From positions 3,125 to 67,124 of the IMG/VR virus record IMGVR_UViG_3300046453_000179: a DNA stretch of 64,000 nucleotides; one strand, 5' to 3'. Positions 10,001 through 19,380 of the stretch are shown piece by piece. Source of the stretch: a virus. The translations under genes and the position numbers were made by a program. The first letter of the stretch is position 1; each line of letters starts with the position of its first letter. The notes beneath the pieces are model-generated. The model searched no databases and was not told the origin of the DNA. It saw only the letters and a program-made list of their open reading frames with translations.

Positions 10001-12632
10001 TGCTTGTGTCCAGCACCTCGCCGACTTTCTGCATTCCGGCGAGGCGCGTGTACGCTGCGATCTTCGCGTCGATTGCGGCCACGGCCTTATCGCTCCCCTC
10101 GAACAGGGAAACAGTTGCCTTCTCGGCTTCCAGTTGCGCGATGGTCGCTGCGGTGACCGCCGACGGCAGTTTGTTGAATGCGGCAACCTGTCGTTCGGTC
10201 GCATCGATCTGGTCATTGATAGCGACCAGCTCCTTGGCGTTCGCCGCTTCAGCATCGCGAGCCGGCTTGTCGCGGTCGTACTCGTACGCCACGCGCAACT
10301 GCTCGGCGGCGACCAGTGACGAGCGAAGCACCTCGTTGCGCTGGGTGCCGAGTTGCTTGATCTTTGCATCGTTGGCGATCCGCTCGGCAACGTCCTTGCC
10401 GTTGTAGGCAGACAGCGCGGCGATCTCGGCGTCGAATACTTTTACCGAGTCTTCGCCGGCCTTGATTGCTGCACCGCGTCGGGCGATGTACACCTCGTAG
10501 TCGGAGGCCAACCCCTGCCGCTGCAACTCAGTGACCGAAGTCACGCCTTCCGCTCGCATGTTCTTCTCGCGCTCGATGCCCGACTTAATCGCTTCAAGGT
10601 TTGCTTCGACCTGCGCCTTGCTGGTGGACACCATGTTTTTATCGATGAACTTGGCCCGTACCAGTTTTTCCATTTCCGGTGGAATGTCGCCGAACTGCTT
10701 CTTCAGCTTTTCCAATTCGGCAGCGAGGCGCTGCGCTGCCGTGCCGTTCTCGCCGTACCATTTGGTGAGTTGCTGGTTCCGAGTGCCGTCCGCAGCCTTT
10801 TTGACTTCAGCTTGCAAATCTGCTACACGCTTCAACGCGAGTTCATACTCGGCAGTCAAATTCTTTACTGCCAGAGAACGCCCCGACTCGGAACGGCCTT
10901 TGAAGCGCCCGGTGCCGCTCATCGCATCATCCATGTCGCGTTTCGCACGCGCGATTACATCCGCTTCAGCATCGTTTGCCCCCTTCGCGGCTGGTACTGC
11001 ATCCCGAATCGCATTTCGCTCTTTCAGCTTCGAAATCTGCTTGTCGAGGCGATCAATCATTTCTGCTGTCGATTCATCAAGCGCGACCTTAGCCTTGTCC
11101 GCCGATTCTTTGGCTTTGCTTCCCCACAGAATCCACGCTGTCACGCCGATGCCCAGCAGGCCAGTGATGATTCCGACCGGGCCACCAAGAAAGCGAAGTG
11201 CGGTTGTGAGGACGTTTGCGGAAACAGCCGTTCGAGCAGCAGCACCGGCCAACCCGGCTTGAGCAGCTGCCTGCGCGGTTGTAGCAGCAGTGTTTGCAAC
11301 GCTGGCAGCGGTTTGCGCTGCAGTCGCAGCGGTGATCTGGGTCGAGACGCGCGCCTGTGCCACGCCTAAGGAAGCGAGTTCAGCCATTGCTGCAACTCGC
11401 GCAGTTTCGGCCACTGAGAGCTGCGCTGTGGAAAGGGTCAAGATGCGCAGTGCGTAGCTCTGGGCGCCGGCTGCGGACGCGGCAGCGATGGCAGCCTCGG
11501 CTGATGCGATTGCGGTACGTGCCTGAGCCAACTGCGCAACGACGCTCTCGCGGATTGCAATAATTTCCGCGCGACGTGCGACCAGGCCCGCCAGTACAGC
11601 CTCAGACTCGACCAACTTCGCAGCGGTAGATGCGGCCGTGGCTGCGGTGCTCAAGACCACCGCTTCGGCGCGCGCTACCAGTGCGGCTTTCTCGGCCACC
11701 ACCAGTGCGGCCAGTTCCGCATTCGCTGCAAAGTAGGCATTTACGGCAGCGGCGCCGGCGATGAAATAGCCCGCGATTTTGATCGCGAACAGGCCACTCA
11801 TCGCGGCCATCACCACGTCCAAATTATCAGCCAGAAGCGACAGGCTGCTGGTGAGCAGACGGACCATCCCGTTGGCTTCCGCTTTCACTGCGGTAAGCTC
11901 CATCACCTTGTTTTTCAGTACGGTGAAAGCCCCGGAAATGGTCTGAACTTGTTTTGCCTCTTCCCGCAGTTGCTCAAGCGCGTGCGGAAGAACAGTGGAC
12001 ATGATCTTCGATGTGATAGCCCCCTCTTCCGCCATTTTCTTCAGGGCGCCCACTGGGACGCCAATACCGTCCGCCAAAGCTTTCATCAGGCGTGGGGCCG
12101 CCTCATTCACTGCATTGAATTCTTCGCCGCGCAGGGTGCCAGAGGCGAACGCCTGCGAAAGCTGCAGCATTGCCGAGGCCGACTCGGACGCGGTGGCGCC
12201 GGACACTTTCAAGGCCAGGTTGACTACCTCGGTGATCGACGCGACCTGTTTCTGTCCCACGCCCAACTCGCGCGTGCCGTTCGCGATTCGCGCGTACAGC
12301 ACCCCGGTGGAGGCAAGATCCTGCTGGGACGTGTTCGCGATGCGGCGCACGTCTTCCAGAGCGGCTGCATACTCGCGCGTAGACGTAGTGGCCAGGCGCA
12401 GCTGTGCCGTGAACTTCGTGTACTCGTCAGCCATGCGGATGATCGCGCCAATGCCGGCGCCGATACCGATCAGCGCCAACGTTTCGGTGAGCTTGCGGGT
12501 AGCCGTTTCCAGGCTACTGACTTGGCGCTCTGCCCGGCCGCCGGAATCGCGCATGCGGTCCATGTCGCGGGCGGCGTTGCGCGCTTCCAGCGAGTTGATG
12601 CGGATTGCAAGGGTTGCGACATCAACGGTCAT
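7077..12632 (-). CDS. Tail tape measure protein
   Basis: About 1850 aa, Ala-rich and helical; QLSQAFASGTLRGEEFNAVNE tape-measure motif; likely start MTVDVATL at 12632. Confidence 0.92.
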   Translation of the reverse strand: MTVDVATLAIRINSLEARNAARDMDRMRDSGGRAERQVSSLETATRKLTETLALIGIGAGIGAIIRMADEYTKFTAQLRLATTSTREYAAALEDVRRIANTSQQDLASTGVLYARIANGTRELGVGQKQVASITEVVNLALKVSGATASESASAMLQLSQAFASGTLRGEEFNAVNEAAPRLMKALADGIGVPVGALKKMAEEGAITSKIMSTVLPHALEQLREEAKQVQTISGAFTVLKNKVMELTAVKAEANGMVRLLTSSLSLLADNLDVVMAAMSGLFAIKIAGYFIAGAAAVNAYFAANAELAALVVAEKAALVARAEAVVLSTAATAASTAAKLVESEAVLAGLVARRAEIIAIRESVVAQLAQARTAIASAEAAIAAASAAGAQSYALRILTLSTAQLSVAETARVAAMAELASLGVAQARVSTQITAATAAQTAASVANTAATTAQAAAQAGLAGAAARTAVSANVLTTALRFLGGPVGIITGLLGIGVTAWILWGSKAKESADKAKVALDESTAEMIDRLDKQISKLKERNAIRDAVPAAKGANDAEADVIARAKRDMDDAMSGTGRFKGRSESGRSLAVKNLTAEYELALKRVADLQAEVKKAADGTRNQQLTKWYGENGTAAQRLAAELEKLKKQFGDIPPEMEKLVRAKFIDKNMVSTSKAQVEANLEAIKSGIEREKNMRAEGVTSVTELQRQGLASDYEVYIARRGAAIKAGEDSVKVFDAEIAALSAYNGKDVAERIANDAKIKQLGTQRNEVLRSSLVAAEQLRVAYEYDRDKPARDAEAANAKELVAINDQIDATERQVAAFNKLPSAVTAATIAQLEAEKATVSLFEGSDKAVAAIDAKIAAYTRLAGMQKVGEVLDTSTSVAKAKELLDILVAVDNAAKSAAEGMAASFGTVGTAIGGLTTALTDYAVQQQAVAAQLAAVKADPKSSTDKIARAEIAASKASAQAQIKSYGDMAAASKGFFKENSKGYKLLETTEKAFRAYEMTMAVESMVKKIFFKEGEVAANVALNATKLTGEAATTAASTGLAATEASAWGITAVVKAMASLPFPLNLAAGAATLAAVVAVGAKMFGGVGGGASVSQQRQAANGTGSVLGDSNAKSDSIAHSLAIMEKNSGLGLAHTISMDLSLKQMVAGIGNLAGLLARSGVVAAGGGAAAGIQTGTTIPGGSLGTAAGMAAGGLGGAALGAYVGMGSFMSTSLLAVGGPLGLAIGAVLGTVLGKQLGKLFGSTTSITDQGITGKAMSLGQIDDLGFTAQAYADVQKKKKAFGVTYSNKSDTNYANLSDEMNDQFTMIITGMGDTIRGAAGVLGLDGAAFNEQLNSFVVDLGKISLKDLTGEEQQKALETAFSKLGDDMARWSVAGIAQFQQVGEGYLETLVRVANEQMQVNDVLAVLGKSFNSTGLGAVKLSQDLIAAGGGLEKLTSGTAYFAQNFLSEAERMAPITKSVSAAMTALGYSSVTTNEQFKALVLAQDLNTAAGQALYGQLIAIAEPFKQAADYAAELAAATGEFAAVAKTASEIASEHRDLQQQLNELTKSDAELLAIQRAGIADVNKALFDQVQAAKAVVSAKDALATAYDKEATAAKTAIEKSKAWVTTLNGLNASMAQGTLSTLTPEQKYAEALAQFEKTLAAANSGDTTAQAGLSAAEQAFLTASQVVNASDAKYAADYARVVAANEEAAKWASQQVDVQQASLDALTAQVAGLVSLKDSVDAGTLTVAQAIAELQVAMGVTNGLGVKFTEAPAVPAVVASAAPAVDYSRYSAASNAGSDALAAEVKALREEVKGLRADQAAQTSAVVRATTESNAKAAGTVVAGVEKSAKASAWSSTVKGEYA

Positions 12633-12700
12633 GGGAGGCCCAATAAAAAAAGCCGCCTCGTGGGCGGCGTGTAAATCGGTGGAGGCGGCGCGCGGCCGCC

Positions 12701-13048
12701 CTATTCGCTGGTCAGGAACACCTGGTCCAGCGCATCGATGCATTCGCCCTCAAAGGGCGACAGGCGAATGCCGTGGCGCCGCTCCCAGGCCATGATTTGC
12801 TCGTCGGAGATGGGATTGGCCGCCATGGCGCCGCAGGTGCGCTTAGCGCTCATCTGACAGAAGTACTCCCACACGTGCGTGAGCTCGTGCGGGATCTGCG
12901 GCGTGTCGAGCTGCGGGGGCGTGATGCCCGTCTGCTCGAGCACGCGCTCCAGGTGCCAACGCAGCGTCTTGCCGTCTTTCTGCTTGGCGGCCAACTTGAG
13001 CGACGCCTCGGCGTGCTCAAGCAGTTGCTGCTTTAGATCGCCAAAAAA
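12701..13048 (-). CDS. Tail assembly chaperone GT extension (-1 frameshift product)
   Basis: No good independent start; the -1 frame from the slippery T TTT TTG reads FGDLKQQLLEHAEASLKLAAKQKDG... Confidence 0.75.
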   Translation of the reverse strand, partial: FFGDLKQQLLEHAEASLKLAAKQKDGKTLRWHLERVLEQTGITPPQLDTPQIPHELTHVWEYFCQMSAKRTCGAMAANPISDEQIMAWERRHGIRLSPFEGECIDALDQVFLTSE

Positions 13049-13494
13049 TTGGCATCAGCTTCCAGCGCGGCGAGGATCTTCTCCTGCCAGGTGGGCTGCG
13101 CGTCGAAGCACAGGTTCAGGAAGCCTTCGGTGAGCTCGACCGGTTGGCCGTTGGACACAAAGCCCGGCGCGGCAACGACCACGGCGATGGCGATCTTGCG
13201 ATTGCGGTCTTCGCCCAGGTCGTACAGCGTGCCGGCGCCTTTTTCGGTCTTCGCGTCGATCTGCTCTTTCTTGGTCTGGCTGCGCTTGATGGCGGTGACC
13301 GAGGTGGCGCGGATCACGTCGCGGTACTGGGTCGAGTTCTTACCGACGATGTCGAAGCCGGCCAGCATGTTGCCGTCGTCGTCGTGGGCGACTTCCACGG
13401 TATGAACCTTGGCGATTTTCTCGGGGCTGGCCAGCAGCGCGATGTCGAAGCCGGCGGATGCGATTTTTACTGCGTTGTTGGTGATAGCGTTCAT
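13033..13494 (-). CDS. Tail assembly chaperone (lambda G-like)
   Basis: Position between tail tube and tape measure genes; ends ...DANFLAI. Confidence 0.8.
   Translation of the reverse strand: MNAITNNAVKIASAGFDIALLASPEKIAKVHTVEVAHDDDGNMLAGFDIVGKNSTQYRDVIRATSVTAIKRSQTKKEQIDAKTEKGAGTLYDLGEDRNRKIAIAVVVAAPGFVSNGQPVELTEGFLNLCFDAQPTWQEKILAALEADANFLAI
13042..13048 (-). other. Programmed -1 ribosomal frameshift heptamer T TTT TTG
   Basis: XXXYYYZ heptamer at the end of the G-like gene, between tail tube and tape measure genes (lambda G/GT arrangement). Confidence 0.75.
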
Positions 13495-13591
13495 GGGTAG
13501 TACCTTTCGTCGGATGAATAGGTGCCGGTGCCGGCCGCTGCGCCGACGAAGGCGACAGCGTCCGGTCCGTGCTGGGGTGGCTTGCGCCGAA

Positions 13592-13617
13592 ATAGAAAAC
13601 CCGGCGCGCGGCCGGGT
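13592..13617 (-). terminator. Terminator after the tail tube gene
   Basis: ACCCGG-CCGCGCG-CCGGGT followed by TTTCT on the minus strand. Confidence 0.7.
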
Positions 13618-13625
13618 CGGATGGG

Positions 13626-14804
13626 TTACACCAGGGTGGTGTCTTGCAGCAGGATCGTGGACTTGCCCGCGCCGGTGCCGGCCGCGTTCGGGCCAGCAGA
13701 GTAGTCGTACTGACGGATGATTTCCTTGTCGCCGGACTCCCCGCCGCCGAACACTTTCACGTACGGCATGGCAATGACGAACGCGCCGCCGATGCCGTCG
13801 TCCAGGCGGCTGATGATCGAAATCGCGGTTTCCTGGTCGAAGTAATCGTCCGCCGCACTGTTCTCGTAGTACAGGCTGAACTGGCCCGTTACATCGATCA
13901 TGTCCATGAAAACGTCAGGAGTTACATTCGCACCCACGACCTTGCCGACCGACGCATTGCCGTTGATATCGCAAGTGAGGTTCGTGCAGACCTTCGTGCC
14001 AATGCCGTTGATGACTACCATCCCGGACGGCGTAACCAGCATGTCACCACCGCCAGGCGCGGCCGGGTTGGTGAAGTACTGCGCCGTCGCCTTCTGGCGG
14101 TCCTGGCCCATGTAGGCGATTTCCGCGCTGACCTTGTCATCGGCGGCCAGGCCGATGTTGACGGAGGCCACGCGCTGGCCGGTGAAGCGATACGACTCCG
14201 CCACGGCGCTGTACCACTTTTCGATGGTGTAGCTGTCGTTGGTGTGGCCCGTTTCGGGGATGTAGGTGATCTTGCCCGGCACGGTCAGGCCGATGGCGGC
14301 GGCGTTGGCAGCGGCCACGACCGACTCGGCCACGGTGATCTCGGTGGCGGTCAGCGCGATGATGGTGTACAGCTTGCCGTTGTTCGCCGCGGCGCCGGCG
14401 GTGAAGCCCGAGAACTTCACCAGCATGCCCAGCGCCAGGCCGTCGGTGATCCACGAGCCGGCCGAGCGCACAAAGTTCGGCGCGGCGACGCTGGCGGTCA
14501 CGGTCAGGCCAGCCAGTGGCGCCACGGCCGTCCAGTCGCGGCGCACGACGGAGGCCAGTTCGGAATCGATCAGGCCCAGGGCCAGTTCGACGCCGATGTT
14601 GCCGTCGACGGTGCGACCGCCGTGCCGCGCCATCGGGCGCTGCGCGTTGGTCTGGATGGCAGCGGACTGGATTTTATTCTTCTTCAACGCGATGCTGTCG
14701 CTGACCTTGCGAAACTCGCGCGCGCCAGCAGCGGCTGGCAGCACGCCGAATGCGGTCTCCTTCTTGCGGATGACCTTGGTCAGTACTTGGGTTTGAATTG
14801 CCAT
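13626..14804 (-). CDS. Major tail tube protein
   Basis: 392 aa; KKETAFG N-terminus and SYTIEKWY motif; position. Confidence 0.85.
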   Translation of the reverse strand: MAIQTQVLTKVIRKKETAFGVLPAAAGAREFRKVSDSIALKKNKIQSAAIQTNAQRPMARHGGRTVDGNIGVELALGLIDSELASVVRRDWTAVAPLAGLTVTASVAAPNFVRSAGSWITDGLALGMLVKFSGFTAGAAANNGKLYTIIALTATEITVAESVVAAANAAAIGLTVPGKITYIPETGHTNDSYTIEKWYSAVAESYRFTGQRVASVNIGLAADDKVSAEIAYMGQDRQKATAQYFTNPAAPGGGDMLVTPSGMVVINGIGTKVCTNLTCDINGNASVGKVVGANVTPDVFMDMIDVTGQFSLYYENSAADDYFDQETAISIISRLDDGIGGAFVIAMPYVKVFGGGESGDKEIIRQYDYSAGPNAAGTGAGKSTILLQDTTLV

Positions 14805-14824
14805 GGGGTTGCCTTTCTTCGGAC

Positions 14825-14849
14825 GAAAAAAAAGCGCCCGAAGGCGCTG
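14825..14849 (-). terminator. Terminator before the tail tube gene
   Basis: AGCGCC-TTCG-GGCGCT plus T-run on the minus strand. Confidence 0.75.
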
Positions 14850-14874
14850 GTGGAGTGTTTGGGGGTGATGCAGT

Positions 14875-15297
14875 TCAGCTGAAATCGTCAGCCGAGTACT
14901 TGATGGTGATGGGCGTCATCCAGAAGCCGTTGCCGTCGGACCGCGAGGCGGCAATCGACGGCGTCTGCATAATTCGAACGTTGAGACCCAACTTGGTGAT
15001 GACCGTCGGGCACCCGAACAGCACCTCGATGGCATTGGCCAGGTCGTCGGCATCGCCGGTGCCCTCGTTCTCGGGCAGGAACACGCCCACCTGGTACATG
15101 CCGTGGTAGCGCCGGTGCTGCGCGCCCAGGCTGGGGTCGAGCGTGTCGGCCGGCATCAAGTCGGCACGCAAGTGGCGCTCGCCCGTGGCCGGCACCTTGC
15201 TGCGATTCTCAAGGAACACCGGCAGCGGCGGCACCTGCGCGCTGGCCCAGGCCTTGAGGTGGCCTTCGAGGGCTGAGCGAATAATCTTGTTGCTCAT
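14875..15297 (-). CDS. Tail terminator-like protein
   Basis: 140 aa; G.YQV.VF.P...G motif; position. Confidence 0.75.
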   Translation of the reverse strand: MSNKIIRSALEGHLKAWASAQVPPLPVFLENRSKVPATGERHLRADLMPADTLDPSLGAQHRRYHGMYQVGVFLPENEGTGDADDLANAIEVLFGCPTVITKLGLNVRIMQTPSIAASRSDGNGFWMTPITIKYSADDFS

Positions 15298-15692
15298 TGC
15301 AGGCCTCGCACATAGTTCTCCAGCGCCGCCGGCAGGTTGGCCAAGGTGACCCGCACCATGCCGCTGGGCGCCTGCTGGCTGTAGCCGTATTCGAGCTTGC
15401 CGGCGTACGGTAGATTATTGACCACCCAGACTTCGCCGCCCGCCTTCACGCCCACCGTCTGGCCTGCGATGCGAGCGATTGCCGCCGCGCCGGAGGTGTC
15501 TAGCGTCGGGAGCACGCCCTGCGGCAGCACCTTGCCGAACTGCCAGTTACCACGGAAGCGGCCGGTGTCCACCGGGCTGCCCATCACCACGCCCTGCGCC
15601 ACCAGCACGATGGCCATCCGGTGCGCCTTGTCGATGTTGCCGCCGGTGTGGCGGATGAAGTTGGTCAGGTCAGCGCTGAAAGATCCGGCCAT
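15294..15692 (-). CDS. HK97 gp10-like tail completion protein
   Basis: SPVDTGRFRGNW and NNLPYA..LEYG.SQQAP.GMV motifs. Confidence 0.85.
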   Translation of the reverse strand: MAGSFSADLTNFIRHTGGNIDKAHRMAIVLVAQGVVMGSPVDTGRFRGNWQFGKVLPQGVLPTLDTSGAAAIARIAGQTVGVKAGGEVWVVNNLPYAGKLEYGYSQQAPSGMVRVTLANLPAALENYVRGLQ

Positions 15693-16066
15693 CAGTTGCC
15701 TCGCAGTTGCAGGGTGTAGAGGATCACGACGTTGGTCGGCTCGAGCTTGGCGACGTTGTGGATGGAGAACTTGGCGCCGTTGATAAGCATCAGGTCTCCG
15801 GTGGTCGGTTCAGGCAGCGGCTGGCCGTTCCGTTGCAGCGGCGACAGCAGCAGTTCCTGGTCACCGGCTTGGATCAGCTCACCGTCGATGCGCTCGGCCA
15901 CGTAGCCGAACTTGACGCCGGCGGCCGTGTAATCGCGCTCCTCGCGCGTCGGCTTGCCCGTGTCCGGATCGTCATCGCCCAAGACAATGCGCCGCAGCGT
16001 GACCGTGCCGCCCTTTTTGCGCAGCTTGACGTCGGTCTCGCGGGCTTTCTTGGCGTAGTCAGTCAT
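15692..16066 (-). CDS. Head closure / head-tail joining protein
   Basis: 124 aa; IDG.LIQ.GD motif; position. Confidence 0.7.
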   Translation of the reverse strand: MTDYAKKARETDVKLRKKGGTVTLRRIVLGDDDPDTGKPTREERDYTAAGVKFGYVAERIDGELIQAGDQELLLSPLQRNGQPLPEPTTGDLMLINGAKFSIHNVAKLEPTNVVILYTLQLRGN

Positions 16067-16437
16067 GTGGGCGCCTGGAGGTAATCGTGCGGCGGCGTCT
16101 TCGCGAATCGCACCGCCTTGATCGTGGCCTTGCCGTCGATCAGTGCGCGCAGCACCCGGTGCCAGCCGTCCATAATGAAGCCCTCTTCGCAGAGGATGAT
16201 CGGGTAGCTGGTATCGACGTCCAGCGCGCGGCGCATGTGGAAGGCCATGCCGTAGGCCGATCCGGTCGGCGTCCAGACATCAACCCCCGCATAGATCGCC
16301 GCCAGCGGCAAGTCGAATGGCTCGAAGCCCTTGGCGCGCGCCACCAGGTTGGTGACGGTCCAAACTTTGCCGCCGGAGGTATAGGTATTCTCGTGCACGG
16401 CGCAGCCTTCGATGTGCACCACAGGGTATTTGCTCAT
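16063..16437 (-). CDS. ParB/Srx-like domain protein
   Basis: YPII....GFIMDGWHRV.RA motif. Confidence 0.7.
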   Translation of the reverse strand: MSKYPVVHIEGCAVHENTYTSGGKVWTVTNLVARAKGFEPFDLPLAAIYAGVDVWTPTGSAYGMAFHMRRALDVDTSYPIILCEEGFIMDGWHRVLRALIDGKATIKAVRFAKTPPHDYLQAPT

Positions 16438-16952
16438 CCGCGCACCAATTTAATCATGCCGCCGCCACCGGTCGCGCCGAAGAACGGCGCCAGCGCGGCA
16501 TCGACGGCCACAAAGCGCTCACGCGCCTCGGTCGTGTTCTGGAAGTACTCAGTTTCCAGCGGCCCGGTCTTGTCGCGCTTGACGACGTTCGAGCCAGTGT
16601 CAAGGTCGGGCATCAGCTGCTCGCCGCGCCCTGCCCGCGCCGCCAGGTCGATGCAGGCGCTGACTACCTCGGCCGGAACCACGGTGCTCAGCACCGGGAA
16701 GTCGTCCACGCACACGCCGTAGCGCGGCCAGTCCAGAGCCTGGGTGTGATACAGCCGACGGCCGCCCCATCGCAGGCGGTAGTTCGTGCGCATGAAGCGC
16801 GTCGCGTTGCGGAGCGCGATTTCCTTATCGGCCTCGTCCAGCGGCGCCCAGTCAGTGACGCCCAGGTCGGCCAGCTGGCGATCAGCCTCGGCCACACTTG
16901 CATAGCTGTCAGCATCCGGCAGGCCGGCGCCGGTTTCGATGATGAGGGTCAT
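16434..16952 (-). CDS. Head-tail adaptor (DnaT-like family)
   Basis: IIETGAGLPDADSYASV and QALDWPR motifs. Confidence 0.8.
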   Translation of the reverse strand: MTLIIETGAGLPDADSYASVAEADRQLADLGVTDWAPLDEADKEIALRNATRFMRTNYRLRWGGRRLYHTQALDWPRYGVCVDDFPVLSTVVPAEVVSACIDLAARAGRGEQLMPDLDTGSNVVKRDKTGPLETEYFQNTTEARERFVAVDAALAPFFGATGGGGMIKLVRG

Positions 16953-16954
16953 GG

Positions 16955-19333
16955 CTATCGATTCCGAAGTTGTTGAAGTGTCACCACCTCGGCGGTTCCT
17001 GCCACCTCCAACGTACGAATGTAGGCCGCCAGCATCACCACAGCAGCACTGATCGTGCCATCGCTAAAGCCGGTGTGCGTGCTTAAAATTGCGATACCCT
17101 TGTTTGCCACTGCCTGATCGACGTAGGCCTTCATTTTGTCGAAGCACTGCTGCGCGGTCTGGCTGCTGATGTAGCTGTCCATGTTGTAGGCGCGCATGTT
17201 GTAGGGGTCGCCTGGCGGGTTGGTGTCTGCGAACGGAAACGGTGCGACACCGTCGCCGGCCGTGCCACTACCATTGTCGAAGCGACGGATGGTGGCAAAC
17301 AAGCGTTCGCAGGCTTTGGTGATCGGGCCGTCGATGCCATAGGTGTAGCCCCCATAGAGCGAGCCGTCGCGCATACCGTCCAGGTCGAAACCGAGCTGCG
17401 CGGCCATGATAAGGTTTTTACGCGACTCCACCAGCCACTGCTGGGGCGTACGGTCCTGATCCGATACCGTGCCGTCGAAGTAATCCTGCGACGCCATCTG
17501 CCAGCCGTAGCGCTGTTGCAGTGCCACCAATTGTTCAATCGACGGATTTCCATCCGTGTTCGCGTTACCGCCCAGCATGCGACTGGCCGGCGACATATAT
17601 AGCACCACCGGATAGCCGTACGGCGAAAGGATGCGCAAGGCATCCCAGATCGCTTTGCCGTGGTTGTCATCGATCGAGAAGATAATCGATGCCTTGTTCG
17701 ACGCAGCCGGAACGAATGAAACGTCGCCGGGAATCACCACCGTGTTGAACGCACCGGCGATGCGGATGCGGGCGAAGGTGATCGCGGTCAGATCGGCGCC
17801 CGCACCTACCGCAGCGAAACGACTCGCGCCGTAGCTGCGCGACCCGTAACCACTCAGGCCACTCATGCCACCACTGATGTCCGCGAATACGTTCAGCGTG
17901 TGGTAGTCCGCACCTGGCGAGGCCGGCGTGCCGGTGGAGAACAAATCGATGTTCATCGCGGTGAAGCCGCCCGTGGTGGGCGTGACTTTTTGCACGGTTA
18001 CATGGATCGAGCCGCCGGTTACATCGATCGGTGCAGGCGTGTTGTCGTTCGTCAAAATGCTGGCCGTAGTATCCGTTGTGAACGTGACGTTCGGGGCGGT
18101 GGACGCGCCGAACTGAGCGACGGAGCCATACGTCGCATAAACCTGCTCGGCGGCCAGCGCGACGTTTGCCACACTCAATCCGGCGGTTACCACCGTTTTC
18201 GCAGCCGTCGACCACTGCGAAATGGTTTTGCGCTTGGCCCTGATGCGCTTGAACGGAGCAAAATCCGCGATTCCCGCCGGCTGGTCGTATGGAGCCTGCT
18301 GCATATCTCCCAGCGGGAGGGTTGCCTCGGGGCTGAGGATATCGGCACGGGAATACTCGCGCGCCGGCGCGCCTGGTCCTGGCATCCGGGAGGTAAATGC
18401 CTGAACGCACATCGCGGCGCCTCCGGTACTATCCGGCGACACGCAGCTGATCTGGTTGATATTGGTCACGCCTACCACCATCGATTGATTGCGGTTCAGC
18501 TTGGTGATACCCGTGCCGATTTTGACAAGAATGTCTTTGTTGTAGTTGTTGGTCAGCTCAGCGCCGACGCAGGCCTGCGCGGGGGCGACCTGGTAAGCCG
18601 TGCCGGACGCGGTACCAGCCACCAGCTGCACTACTGGGTAGGCCAGCGACGTGTTGGCGAATGTGAGATTCACGGCCACGCGCAGGCTATCGCGCGATGC
18701 GGCATAGTCGCGGCGGCGGAAGCCGATTTGATTTGCGTTGGTGATGCCAAATACCGGGAATACCTCACCAGGGCGGATGCGGTAGAACGTGGTTCCGCCG
18801 TTGCGGTTGAACTCGACCACAACACCGGTGTTGTTGCGCACGATGACGCAATTGCAATCGGTGGCAACTGGGGAGGCGACCGCGCCGGCGGTGGGACTGG
18901 CGGGCGTGGTCACCGAACCAAAGCCCAGCACCGAGAAACTCTCTGCAGCATTGCCGCCTGGAGCGCTGATCTTGCCTTGGCCATCAACAGTAATGGATGT
19001 TCCATCGGGTTTGACGCCACCCAGTGTGTCAGGCGTCGCCACAGGGAGCGTATAGCTTCCGCCGCCGCCCTGAGCGATCTTGATTTGCGCGGTGATGATG
19101 CCGGCGTAGCAGTACACCAGCACCTTGCGCTGCTGATCGAACGGACCGATCTGCGGCAGCGAGCCCGGCGCTACCGTCCACGACTGGGTGGAGTTCGTGC
19201 CACCGAGGACAGGATCGAGCAAGTACGCCACGCCGGCCGCGTCGTCCGAACCGGAGAGCACCAATACCTTTCCTTCTGGGATTGGGAGGGTCTTGGCGGA
19301 CTCGCCTACTTTGATCGTGGTGGTGTTGGACAT
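16955..19333 (-). CDS. Head fibre/appendage protein with C-terminal polysaccharide-deacetylase-like barrel
   Basis: YTLPVATPDTLGGVK head-fibre motif; IIFSIDD ... ILSTH CE4/NodB-like motifs. Confidence 0.65.
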   Translation of the reverse strand: MSNTTTIKVGESAKTLPIPEGKVLVLSGSDDAAGVAYLLDPVLGGTNSTQSWTVAPGSLPQIGPFDQQRKVLVYCYAGIITAQIKIAQGGGGSYTLPVATPDTLGGVKPDGTSITVDGQGKISAPGGNAAESFSVLGFGSVTTPASPTAGAVASPVATDCNCVIVRNNTGVVVEFNRNGGTTFYRIRPGEVFPVFGITNANQIGFRRRDYAASRDSLRVAVNLTFANTSLAYPVVQLVAGTASGTAYQVAPAQACVGAELTNNYNKDILVKIGTGITKLNRNQSMVVGVTNINQISCVSPDSTGGAAMCVQAFTSRMPGPGAPAREYSRADILSPEATLPLGDMQQAPYDQPAGIADFAPFKRIRAKRKTISQWSTAAKTVVTAGLSVANVALAAEQVYATYGSVAQFGASTAPNVTFTTDTTASILTNDNTPAPIDVTGGSIHVTVQKVTPTTGGFTAMNIDLFSTGTPASPGADYHTLNVFADISGGMSGLSGYGSRSYGASRFAAVGAGADLTAITFARIRIAGAFNTVVIPGDVSFVPAASNKASIIFSIDDNHGKAIWDALRILSPYGYPVVLYMSPASRMLGGNANTDGNPSIEQLVALQQRYGWQMASQDYFDGTVSDQDRTPQQWLVESRKNLIMAAQLGFDLDGMRDGSLYGGYTYGIDGPITKACERLFATIRRFDNGSGTAGDGVAPFPFADTNPPGDPYNMRAYNMDSYISSQTAQQCFDKMKAYVDQAVANKGIAILSTHTGFSDGTISAAVVMLAAYIRTLEVAGTAEVVTLQQLRNR

Positions 19334-19355
19334 TGGCTATCTCAGTGGCAAAATT

Positions 19356-19380
19356 AGAAAAGCCCGCGCGCGGCGGGCTG
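19356..19380 (-). terminator. Terminator after the capsid genes
   Basis: AGCCCG-CCGCGCG-CGGGCT followed by TTTCT. Confidence 0.7.

Noticed and set aside
10440-11520. Lower-GC patch inside the tape measure gene
   Set aside because: The frame is intact; ordinary mosaicism, with no intein or intron motifs seen
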